Shown: in pieces, positions 30,359 to 39,000 of the stretch
Position numbering within the stretch: the stretch's first letter is position 1
How the letters are laid out: each line of letters opens with the position of its first letter
Source: Nostoc sp.
Lineage (GTDB): Bacteria; Cyanobacteriota; Cyanobacteriia; Cyanobacteriales; Nostocaceae
Assembly (NCBI GenBank): GCA_036918135.1
Contig: JBALDB010000039.1
Coordinates: 64,001 to 128,000 of the forward strand
DNA length: 64,000 nt
Reading direction: 5' to 3'
The notes under the pieces: generated by a model
The model's database searches: none
Told to the model about the DNA's origin: nothing
What the model saw: the letters and a program-made list of their open reading frames with translations, nothing else
Position numbers and translations under genes: made by a program

Positions 30359-31392
30359 GATTTCTGCTTCGCGGCGTAGGCTTTTACAAAGCGGTCATCA
30401 AAGATTTGATTCAGATTAGGTGCTTGTTTTGTCAAACCAGCCTCAACAAGAAATTTGCTAATTCTACCAGCAGCATAACTCAATGATTTCATGTCATTAC
30501 CAGGACTAAAAGCTTGCAAATTTTCTTCTATAGAAAAGATTTTAGTACCTGCATCGTATGCCTTATATTCTGCAACTGATACACCAGCGCGTTTTGCCAT
30601 AACTTCATAAGCTTTGCCTGAGTTGGCTTTGATAAAATCTAGAGTAGCAAACCAAGTATTCACTAAAGCTTGTACATCTTGTGGACGTTCGTTAATGAGT
30701 TTGCGGCTGACAACTAAATGGTCAGGAATCGCACCAGGAAAGTCTTTAGAACTAAATAATTCTTTACTACCAGAACGTGATAAAGCTTTTGTAGTGAAAG
30801 GTGCAAAAACTCCAACTGCATCAACTTGACCCGCTACAAAAGCAGCTGCGGCTGCACCTGTTTCTAGTGGCTGAAACTGAATATCAGCTTGAGTTAAACC
30901 TACTTTCGATAAACCAAGTAATAACAGAAAATGGTCAACTGTTCCTTCTTCAGCAGCAACTTTCTTACCTTTTAAGTCAGTAATACTATTGATTCCTTCT
31001 CGGACAATAATTTTGTCATTACCAGTTGAATTATCATTGACTAAAACAATTACTTGATCTGAACCTGCTGCTACTGAGCTAATGGTATCATTCAAAGTTT
31101 GGGTATTGGCATTCAGTTGATCGGCTCGTAAAGCATTAATAGAATCTAAGTACCCATCAAACCATTTTAAATCTACATTAACTTTGTTTGTCTCAAATAA
31201 CTTTTGCTCTTGGGAAACTTGCCAAGGAAACCAACCAGGCCAAGCACTAAAACCGACCTGGATTGGTGCAGTATTAACTGAAGTTTTGGAATTTTGCGGT
31301 GTATTAGTTTCGGGATTTCGCGTACAACTGACTGCGATAACAAGCGTGAGTAAAAAGATTGTGAGTAGAGATGATAGCTTACGAATATTCAT
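30355..31392 (-). CDS. guanidine ABC importer substrate-binding lipoprotein
   Basis: Lipobox AVSC; SAWPGWFPW, DNSTGND and EEGTVDH motifs; riboswitch-controlled operon. Confidence 0.88.
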   Translation of the reverse strand: MNIRKLSSLLTIFLLTLVIAVSCTRNPETNTPQNSKTSVNTAPIQVGFSAWPGWFPWQVSQEQKLFETNKVNVDLKWFDGYLDSINALRADQLNANTQTLNDTISSVAAGSDQVIVLVNDNSTGNDKIIVREGINSITDLKGKKVAAEEGTVDHFLLLLGLSKVGLTQADIQFQPLETGAAAAAFVAGQVDAVGVFAPFTTKALSRSGSKELFSSKDFPGAIPDHLVVSRKLINERPQDVQALVNTWFATLDFIKANSGKAYEVMAKRAGVSVAEYKAYDAGTKIFSIEENLQAFSPGNDMKSLSYAAGRISKFLVEAGLTKQAPNLNQIFDDRFVKAYAAKQKS

Positions 31393-31611
31393 TGTATTTA
31401 CCTTTAACTTACGCTTTGTTAGTAGGTCGAATGAAAAAATATTTGCTTATAAATTTTATGCATTTATCTAATATCTAGTTAATCAAATTTAAACTTATTT
31501 GATAAGTCGAGGCTCTAAATTTTTATAAACGATTTAGGATTGCTATAATCATTTATAATCGGCAGGTGAAACAACATTGAGAATTGCTGCTGTAGATGTA
31601 GAATTTTGTTG

Positions 31612-32310
31612 TTACTGCAAAACTTGTGATGTCTCTCGATTCACCACTACCTGTCTACGCACCCAATTAAACCAAATTTCTAATCCTTCGTCTGTTTTAG
31701 TAGAAATAGGAATAATTTCAACATCGGGATTCATTTGACGGACGTTTGCTTCAATGCGGCTAATATCAATATCTAAATAAGGAGCCAAATCTGTTTTTGT
31801 AATCAGCAAACAATCAGCTTCTTGAAACATAATTGGATATTTCAGTGGTTTATCTTCGCCTTCAGTAATGCTTAATAAAGCAACTTTGGTGTGTTCTCCC
31901 ACTTCAAATTCAGCAGGACAAACTAAATTACCAACATTCTCCACCAGCACTAAATCAAAGTCAAAAGGATTGTATTCGTGTTCTAGTCGATGAATTCCAC
32001 CTGCTACCATTTGGGAATCCAAATGACAAGAACGACCTGTATTAATTGCAATTACAGGAACACCGTATTTTCGTAAGCGTTCTGCATCTAATTCCGTTGT
32101 CATATCTCCTTCAATGACAGCAATTTTAAATTCATTATTTAAAGCTACAAGGGTGCTTTCTAGTAGTGCTGTTTTTCCTGCACCAGGACTACTCATAATG
32201 TTGAAACAAGTGATTCCCCATTCGTCAAAATGCGCTCGGTTATGGTCAGCGCCTTGTTGATTAGCATGGAGTAAGTTAATTCCTAATGCTACGTCAAATG
32301 TTTGATGCAT
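31612..32310 (-). CDS. hypB: HypB-like Ni-insertion GTPase (GhaB-type, for guanidine hydrolase)
   Basis: [26 protein letters not shown] and GEDKPLKYP; likely ATG at 32310 (MHQTF). Confidence 0.92.
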   Translation of the reverse strand: MHQTFDVALGINLLHANQQGADHNRAHFDEWGITCFNIMSSPGAGKTALLESTLVALNNEFKIAVIEGDMTTELDAERLRKYGVPVIAINTGRSCHLDSQMVAGGIHRLEHEYNPFDFDLVLVENVGNLVCPAEFEVGEHTKVALLSITEGEDKPLKYPIMFQEADCLLITKTDLAPYLDIDISRIEANVRQMNPDVEIIPISTKTDEGLEIWFNWVRRQVVVNRETSQVLQ

Positions 32311-32656
32311 AAGCACACTCAATCCTATCAATTTTTAACTCTCTACCTGAGCGAATATCCTCCATTGAAGAATTACACTCAGGACAGGTATACTGTAAAC
32401 CTATTTGTGGTGAATATTCTTGTTGACAACGATGACAAAAGGCAATCAATGGTGTTTCTTGAATATTCAGTTTGACTTTTTCTAAAAAAGTATTACGGGT
32501 TTGCACTTCAAAAGCAAATTGCAAACTTGCAGGTTCAACACAAGTGAACTTACCAACAATTAAGTGAACTTGAGAAATTTCTGGGCGTTCAGGTTGGGAT
32601 TCCCACCAATCTTTGACTGTTAAGATTAGCGCTTTAGTCATATCGGTTTCGTGCAA
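32294..32656 (-). CDS. hypA: HypA-like Ni chaperone (GhaA-type); TTG start
   Basis: MHE N-terminus, two CxxC motifs, GREL C-terminus; GGAGG SD supplied by the end of gdmH. Confidence 0.92.
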   Translation of the reverse strand: MHETDMTKALILTVKDWWESQPERPEISQVHLIVGKFTCVEPASLQFAFEVQTRNTFLEKVKLNIQETPLIAFCHRCQQEYSPQIGLQYTCPECNSSMEDIRSGRELKIDRIECAYASNI

Positions 32657-32659
32657 AAC

Positions 32660-33853
32660 TCACCTCCATTCCTCAATTAACTGTGGTTGTGCTGCGGGAT
32701 GAATATATGCAGGTTTTGATTTACGCGGTAATTGACCGGAGACAACTAAATGTGCCATCGTATCACAAATTACCCGCGCTGCCATTAATGATGTCATATC
32801 GCTAATATCATAGGGTGGTGAAACTTCCACAACTTCCAGTCCACAAACTGGTGCATTTTGAACAATTTTGCCCAACAAATACAAGGCTTCACGCGGTAAT
32901 AATCCACCGGGTTCGGGCCAACCAGTTCCCGGAACAAACCCAGCATCAATACAATCAATATCGAAACTGATATAAACGCAATCTGTACCGTCTAATGCTC
33001 TTTCTAGAGCAAAGTTGACAGCTGCATCTAGCCCCATTTCTGTGATGTCCGTTACTGTTAAAATATTTGTAGCTCTTTCTCGACAAATTTTCACACCTTG
33101 ACGCGGTACTTGCCAACCACCAATTCCTAATTGCACGAGGTTTTTTGCGGGTGCATTTTTAATATTTGTCGCATGAAACCAAGGACAAGTATGCATTCTT
33201 TCATCGAGGTCTGTTTCTTGGGTATCCACATGGCGATCGAAGTGAATAATCCCGACTTTTTTATCACCTAAATGACGACAAACACCACGAACTGTCGGAA
33301 AGCCGATTGAATGATCGCCTCCCATAATTATTGGGAATGCACCAGAACTAAAGATATGTGCAATACCTTTGGAAATCTGGTCAAAGGACTTTTCATTATT
33401 AGCAGGAATAGTGAAAATGTCGCCAACATCACATAAAGTAATCTGCTCGCGCAAGTCTACACCGAATTCAAAGTTATAGGGAGTGTATAATGCAGAGATT
33501 CGGCGAATTCCTTGGGGGCCAAAACGCGTTCCGGGTCGATAAGTAGTTCCAGAATCGTGCGGGACGCCGACAATAGCCACGTCATATTCACCAACTTTTC
33601 GCACATCTTCTAAATATGGTGCTTTCAAGAAAGTATTAATTCCAGCAAAGTGGGGTAGTTCTCCGCGAGAAAAGGTAGGAATTGAACGATCGCGTATGCT
33701 TTCTGCTGCTTCTAAGCCAAACTCTATTCCTCTAGAAACCTCCTGCTGCCAGCCTGTTAGCGGTAAATTCGCTTCTTTTTCTAGCGCACGTCCTGCTTGC
33801 GTAGAATTTGGCTGAAAATGAGAATTAGGATCGGTAAAAGATTGTTCACTCAT
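32660..33853 (-). CDS. gdmH: Ni-dependent guanidine hydrolase (ureohydrolase/arginase family)
   Basis: GGDHSIG, DRHVD, MHTCPWF and SFDIDCID..PGTGWPEPGG motifs; N-terminal extension; downstream of a guanidine-I riboswitch and upstream of hypAB-like genes. Confidence 0.92.
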   Translation of the reverse strand: MSEQSFTDPNSHFQPNSTQAGRALEKEANLPLTGWQQEVSRGIEFGLEAAESIRDRSIPTFSRGELPHFAGINTFLKAPYLEDVRKVGEYDVAIVGVPHDSGTTYRPGTRFGPQGIRRISALYTPYNFEFGVDLREQITLCDVGDIFTIPANNEKSFDQISKGIAHIFSSGAFPIIMGGDHSIGFPTVRGVCRHLGDKKVGIIHFDRHVDTQETDLDERMHTCPWFHATNIKNAPAKNLVQLGIGGWQVPRQGVKICRERATNILTVTDITEMGLDAAVNFALERALDGTDCVYISFDIDCIDAGFVPGTGWPEPGGLLPREALYLLGKIVQNAPVCGLEVVEVSPPYDISDMTSLMAARVICDTMAHLVVSGQLPRKSKPAYIHPAAQPQLIEEWR

Positions 33854-33888
33854 AATTTCGGGAAATCAAATTTGAAGATTTGCAAGGC

Positions 33889-33944
33889 AAAACTATAGCC
33901 CGGATAGCCATAACAGTTAATCTTCTGTTATGTATCTCCCGGGC
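33889..33944 (-). terminator. riboswitch expression-platform terminator
   Basis: Minus strand GCCCGGGAGATACATAACAG-AAGATTAA-CTGTTATGGCTATCCGGGC-TATAGTTTT; the 5' arm is the aptamer's 3' tail. Confidence 0.8.
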
Positions 33945-34040
33945 TTTTTTCCCGCCGTGTGACCAGTTGTTAACAAACTGGCTGCTTCTCTTGGACCAGT
34001 CATCTAACTTCAAAATGTTAAATCGGAACCCTAGAAGCTA
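33935..34040 (-). ncRNA. guanidine-I (ykkC-yxkD) riboswitch
   Basis: Minus strand TTCTAGGGTTCCGAT...GACTGGTCCAAGAGAA-GCAGCCAGTTTGTTAACAACTGGTC-ACACGGCGGGAAAAAAGCCCGGGAGA matches the ykkC consensus. Confidence 0.96.
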
Positions 34041-34128
34041 TTAATTTTTATCCAATTGCTAATAGTCGCTTTTGCTTTTTGGTTTTTATACTCAAGTTTA
34101 TACTTACCAAAAGGCATTGTAATAAAAA

Positions 34129-34142
34129 GTATCTAAAATTAC
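34129..34142. promoter_or_regulatory. candidate NtcA box
   Basis: GTA-tctaaaat-TAC (TGTAattttagaTAC on the coding strand), about 90 bp upstream of the riboswitch. Confidence 0.6.
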
Positions 34143-34357
34143 AAAAACCTCAAAATGTTCTTAACATTCTCTGAATATAGTAGTTTGAAATATTTGCGCT
34201 GATTTACTTATCTGACTTTTCACCAAATCTCGAAAACCTCTCCCCTGCAAGGAAAGAGGCTTTAAACTCTCCCCATTCCCTATTAGGAAAGGGGAAGTTA
34301 GATTTTGTGTTGACTTTGTTAATATGAGGTGAAAACTTAGATTTAGTTATTTTGTCT

Positions 34358-34738
34358 TCAAGACGATCGCCAACTCAATGCTTCACTGATTTGTGCTGCT
34401 AGTTTTAGGGGACGAAAGGGCTTAGCAAAAACAGCAGCTACATCTAAGCCTGTGAAGCTATTGCGATCCGAATCCTGGACTTTAGCTGTGAGTAAAATTA
34501 CTGGAATTGACTGAGTTGCGGGATTAGCCTTGAGTTGTTGGAGCGTAGCACGCCCATCCATATCAGGCATCATCATATCTAATAAAATGACATCAAGTTT
34601 AAAGTTGGCAGCTATATTCAACGCTTCCCGACCAGAACAAGCTGTCAACACGTTCCAACCAGCACCCATCTCTAATCCCAGTTTGGCGATCGCTTGCACA
34701 TCTTCTTCATCATCAACAATCAAGATATTTCTGCTCAT
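34358..34738 (-). CDS. single-domain response regulator (CheY-like)
   Basis: ILIVDD, LLDMMMPDMDG, LLTAK and KPF motifs. Confidence 0.95.
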   Translation of the reverse strand: MSRNILIVDDEEDVQAIAKLGLEMGAGWNVLTACSGREALNIAANFKLDVILLDMMMPDMDGRATLQQLKANPATQSIPVILLTAKVQDSDRNSFTGLDVAAVFAKPFRPLKLAAQISEALSWRSS

Positions 34739-34858
34739 TGTGTCACTTTCACATCATATATGATGCCGATTAACTTGATTCGTCTAGAATTATTCTAAAA
34801 TGCAATCGGGTAAAAGTAGGGGAAAATTAGTCCTTTGTCCTTGGTAAATGACCAATGA

Positions 34859-36412
34859 CTAGTTAATTAAAGGTAACAATACATAAAATGTACTGCCTTT
34901 ACCTAAAATGCTCTGAACCCAGATTTTACCGTTATGTTGCTGCACAATATTCCGACAAATGGCAAGTCCTAAACCTGTTCCTCCTTTGTTACGGGAATCA
35001 GATGCATCTACCTGCTGAAAACGCTCGAAGATAAGTTGTAATTTATCTTCAGGAATTCCTCGTCCTTCATCTTGGATGGTAATTAAAACATAGTCGGGTG
35101 AGGAAGTCTCTTTGGTGTCAGAATCCTGATTTTCTAGAGACTCAACAGTTTTATCTTCTGAGAGAATGGCACTAATCCACACACGTTCGCCTGGTTCAGA
35201 AAATTTGATTGCATTACTGAGTAAATTTGTCAATGTTTGGATTAAGCGATCGGGGTCTGCCCAAAGTTCAATTGTTAAAGGATTGACAATCAGTTGGACT
35301 TGTAATTTATCTGCCATTGCTTGCATTGCTTCGGTTGCTGTAATTAGCAATTCGGCAACATTGCATTTGGCCTGTCGCATGAAGATATTGCCGGATTTCA
35401 TCCGCTCTAAATCGAGAATATCATTCACCAAACGCATCAGGCGTTCGGTATTAGTTGTCGCAATGCTCAAAACTTTTTGTCCTTGTTCGTTGAGAGTTCC
35501 CAGTTGTCCTGCACCCAACAAATCCAATGCTCCCATTGTGGAAGTTAAAGGTGTACGCAATTCATGACTGACTAAAGAGATAAACTCGTTTTCTAAGCGT
35601 TTGCGTTCGGTAATGTCATTGGCAATTAATAAAGCACACGGCACACCACCTAAGTCAATCAATTCGATAGATATTAGTATGATTTTTACTTCACCAGACT
35701 TGGTAGAAAATTCAAATTCTTGATTGTAGAGTGAGCCAGTTTCCGGCAGAAATTGGATTTTCTGGGCGAATGCTACTGTATTTTTGCCAAAATCAAGTTC
35801 AGTAGCGGTGTGTCCAATTACTTCTTCTAGACAATAGCCGCTAATCCTTAAAAAACTGGGATTGACATCCAGAAAACGAGCTTCGGAAACCGCAGCGATC
35901 GCAATTGGATTGGGACTAGAGCGAAAAACCTTAGCAAACTTCTCTTCTGCTTTAGTGCGATCGTGAATTTCCTGCTGCAACTGCTGATTTTGGGCTTGGA
36001 GTTGTTGTTGCAATTGCCGAATCGTTAAGTGATTTTCAATACGTGCTAAAACCTCTTCTAATTGAAAAGGCTTAGTGATGTAGTCTACCCCACCAACTGC
36101 AAAAGCTTTAATTTTATCTAGTACATCACCCAAAGCACTGATAAAAATTACCGGGATTTCGCGGGTGCGATCGTTTGCCTTCAAATTTTGACAGACTTCA
36201 TAGCCATTCATCTCAGGCATATTCACATCCAACAAAATCAGATCGGGGGGAACTGCATTTGCTCCCCGTAACCCCGTAGAACCTTTAGTTACACTCCTAA
36301 CTTTATATCCCTGTTCCGTCAGCATGGCAGATAGGAGATTCAGGTTTTCTGGTGTGTCATCAATTACCAAAATGTCAGCTTTGGGGAATTTGAGTGACTG
36401 GTTAAGCATCAC
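34859..36412 (-). CDS. hybrid sensor kinase (REC-PAS-HisKA-HATPase)
   Basis: N-terminal receiver domain; PAS ending [33 protein letters not shown]. Confidence 0.95.
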   Translation of the reverse strand: MMLNQSLKFPKADILVIDDTPENLNLLSAMLTEQGYKVRSVTKGSTGLRGANAVPPDLILLDVNMPEMNGYEVCQNLKANDRTREIPVIFISALGDVLDKIKAFAVGGVDYITKPFQLEEVLARIENHLTIRQLQQQLQAQNQQLQQEIHDRTKAEEKFAKVFRSSPNPIAIAAVSEARFLDVNPSFLRISGYCLEEVIGHTATELDFGKNTVAFAQKIQFLPETGSLYNQEFEFSTKSGEVKIILISIELIDLGGVPCALLIANDITERKRLENEFISLVSHELRTPLTSTMGALDLLGAGQLGTLNEQGQKVLSIATTNTERLMRLVNDILDLERMKSGNIFMRQAKCNVAELLITATEAMQAMADKLQVQLIVNPLTIELWADPDRLIQTLTNLLSNAIKFSEPGERVWISAILSEDKTVESLENQDSDTKETSSPDYVLITIQDEGRGIPEDKLQLIFERFQQVDASDSRNKGGTGLGLAICRNIVQQHNGKIWVQSILGKGSTFYVLLPLIN

Positions 36413-36606
36413 AATATCGACTTTAGCCAGAATAGGTTACTTATTATTCCTAGAAATTTTAATCTTAGTTGAGTTTCTTAATAATCAGTTACAAAAAAAT
36501 GTCAATTATCTCCCCTGGTTCTCCCCCATTCACCGCTAATCTGACAAACATCAAATCAAGTGGCGTTGCTGACATTTACTAAATTAGACAACAAGGAATA
36601 GCTGAT

Positions 36607-37059
36607 ATGCAAACTTCAACCATCCGTAAACCAATTATTCTCACACCAGGAGAAGGTAATCAATTTTCAATTCTTGGTGGACATTTTACAACCAAAGCAA
36701 CTGGGGAAGATACAAATGGAGCTTGGACAGTTTATGAAATTACGGATACACAAGGAAATGGCCCGCCACTGCATACTCACCCTTGGGAAGAGGCATTTTA
36801 TATTTTAGAAGGGGAAATGGACATCGAAATAGGTACACAAACAATTTTGGCATCAGCAGGCTCTTTCGTTAACATTCCTCACAATGTGCCACACGGCTTC
36901 AACATTCGTTCTACTACAGCTAAATTTCTGGTTTTAGTTTCACCCAAGGGTGCAGAAAAGTTTTATGAAGAAATGGGTGAAGTAGCAGAGAGTCCAGCGC
37001 TGAATATGGAAAAAGTACAGCCTGTTTTGAAAAAGCATGGTTTGCAGTTTCTTGGTTAA
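36607..37059 (+). CDS. cupin domain protein (quercetinase-like)
   Basis: [18 protein letters not shown] and [14 protein letters not shown] cupin motifs. Confidence 0.9.
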   Translation: MQTSTIRKPIILTPGEGNQFSILGGHFTTKATGEDTNGAWTVYEITDTQGNGPPLHTHPWEEAFYILEGEMDIEIGTQTILASAGSFVNIPHNVPHGFNIRSTTAKFLVLVSPKGAEKFYEEMGEVAESPALNMEKVQPVLKKHGLQFLG

Positions 37060-37162
37060 ATTGAAAAACTGCATCAACTAAGCACAGTGGATACAGAACA
37101 ATTCAGAATTCTGATTCGACAAAAGTCATATTTATTTAATAACAAATAAGCAATTTAATTCT

Positions 37163-37690
37163 ATGTCAAAAACTACTCGCCTCTTTGCTGCTAGTGCCCT
37201 TAGCTTGAGCCTCAGTGCCAGTTTTGTTTTGTACCCAAGTGCCAGTCAGGCAGGTAAAAATGATGCTGGAGTGCCTAACGAACTCCAAGGTCAGTGGCGT
37301 TACGGTCGAATTTCGTCCATCCAATACCAAGACAGCTACACAGGGCAGCCAGCAGCCCCCAACGGTTCTAGCGATGAATTTCAACTCGCCTCTAACGGAA
37401 ACTACCAGCGAAGCAGGCTGCTTCAAATCAACACCTATAACTGTGCGTCTAACTTGTACATAGAAGAAAAAGGCAAAATTAAGGTTGAGGGTCAACGCCT
37501 GACTTTTCAACCCAGTGACAGCATATCTAAAGGACAAATCTGCAATAGTGGACGCACCTATTCCAGCCGCAATTCAGCAAAGCCTGAAACCTACCAGTGG
37601 TCGATTGAGACAAATGATTACGGGCAGCAAGTTCTAGTCCTTGAAACTACTGATGGGAAGGGTAAAGTTCATTATGGGCGACCTCAGTAA
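37163..37690 (+). CDS. secreted hypothetical protein, beta-rich
   Basis: Signal peptide (ASQA); LQGQW motif reminiscent of lipocalin-like barrels; one Cys pair. Confidence 0.8.
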   Translation: MSKTTRLFAASALSLSLSASFVLYPSASQAGKNDAGVPNELQGQWRYGRISSIQYQDSYTGQPAAPNGSSDEFQLASNGNYQRSRLLQINTYNCASNLYIEEKGKIKVEGQRLTFQPSDSISKGQICNSGRTYSSRNSAKPETYQWSIETNDYGQQVLVLETTDGKGKVHYGRPQ

Positions 37691-38021
37691 GGGTGCATAA
37701 CTACACATCCCTACAGAAGATTGCAGTTTAAATAGATGAAAAAGGCTGTAAGTCCAATAAGCTGGGCTTTGTAAAAATTTTTTAAAAAGGAGAAGGTAGG
37801 GATGCACCTTCTCCTTTTCCCTTTAACTGAGAAGTATTGCAGACGGACTATCGGGTGTCTTGTGATGTATAGCAAGCGAATTAAAGGTTAGGACATCTTA
37901 AAAGCGTGGATGTTAGGAATAGTAATGTTTTTGTTTTACCTCCTGCCTCCTGCTATACATTTTCATTCAGAATTGGTATTACAACAAACACAAGATATAA
38001 AATTCCCAATGCATAATTTGA

Positions 38022-38213
38022 AGCGATCGCACTTTGATTGAATTAGGTTCTAGCTATCGACCTTCCAAGTCATTCAACTTCGATATCGGTTACACCTACG
38101 TATTTGTAAACGATAGCAATATTAACTAGTCAAGTTCTACAGCAGGTACGCTCAAAGGTAATTTTGAAGGTAGCGTGGATATCGTAGGCTTACAACTGAG
38201 CTGGGAATTTTAA
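38022..38213 (+). pseudogene. 3' remnant of a FadL/OmpP1-family outer-membrane transporter
   Basis: Reads SDRTLIELGSSYRPSKSFNFDIGYTYVFVNDSNIN*SSSTAGTLKGNFEGSVDIVGLQLSWEF*. Terminal-Phe beta-signal; internal TAG at 38127. Confidence 0.7.
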
Positions 38214-38616
38214 CTAAAAATAATTGGGGAAGCAGGGTGAGGGAAAAAGGCTTATCTCCTGGGTATTGGGCTAGTTTCCGTCATCGGCGATCGTAGACTG
38301 TACCCTCATCGTATTTATTATCTATCCAGAGGATATCTGCGTACTGCTTTGTGCAAATACTTTGACTTTCAAAATATAAAGCATACATAAAGTTAAGTAT
38401 TTATATTTTATAGATTAATCGGCAAAGAATATAAAGAATATGCAAAGATATTTATCTAAATCTAGACATGTAGGTAAATATTTTATATTGAATTAGTATG
38501 ATGCTATCTTAGATATTTCCTTTTTTGAAGACAAATATCTAAGGGCGATCGCCCACAACGAGGGCATAAAGGTTCTTTCTCCTATCTCTGTTAAGTGTTC
38601 CCTATTTTTAAACTAG

Positions 38617-38814
38617 TACGACTTACGCATTGAACCAACCAAATTACCAACCTTTAGTTTGGGACATTCAAGCTTGACTTTTCAATCCTTCTTCAGTGAT
38701 GTTTATGCTAAACGCTTGTCAACGCTACTTAATGAAGGATGCTTGAAACAAGGCTAAAACTAGTTGTTTTTGTAAATCCACACCCTCAGAAATTTGTACA
38801 GTGCTTAAGACGTA
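38617..38814. mobile_element. degenerate MITE with GGACTTACGCA-type terminal inverted repeats
   Basis: Left TACGACTTACGCATTG versus reverse-complemented right TACGTCTTAAGCACTG (13/16 match). Confidence 0.55.
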
Positions 38815-39000
38815 GATAGTCATCAATAGTTGGATAAGTACTACTTGCAGGCAAATCAAAAGGAGAATTGTCATCAAAAATTTCTAATCTTCAAAGGTGA
38901 TAAAAGCATGTCGAAAGCGTCAACTTTCGGCGAATTTTTGTGTAGTTAAGCACTAATAACTTAAAGTTACTCCCAAAATTCATTTAAGTAGGAAAAAGTA

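Noticed and set aside
31612..32656. Hydrogenase maturation locus
   Set aside because: No hup/hox/hypCDEF genes; the context points to Ni loading of guanidine hydrolase.
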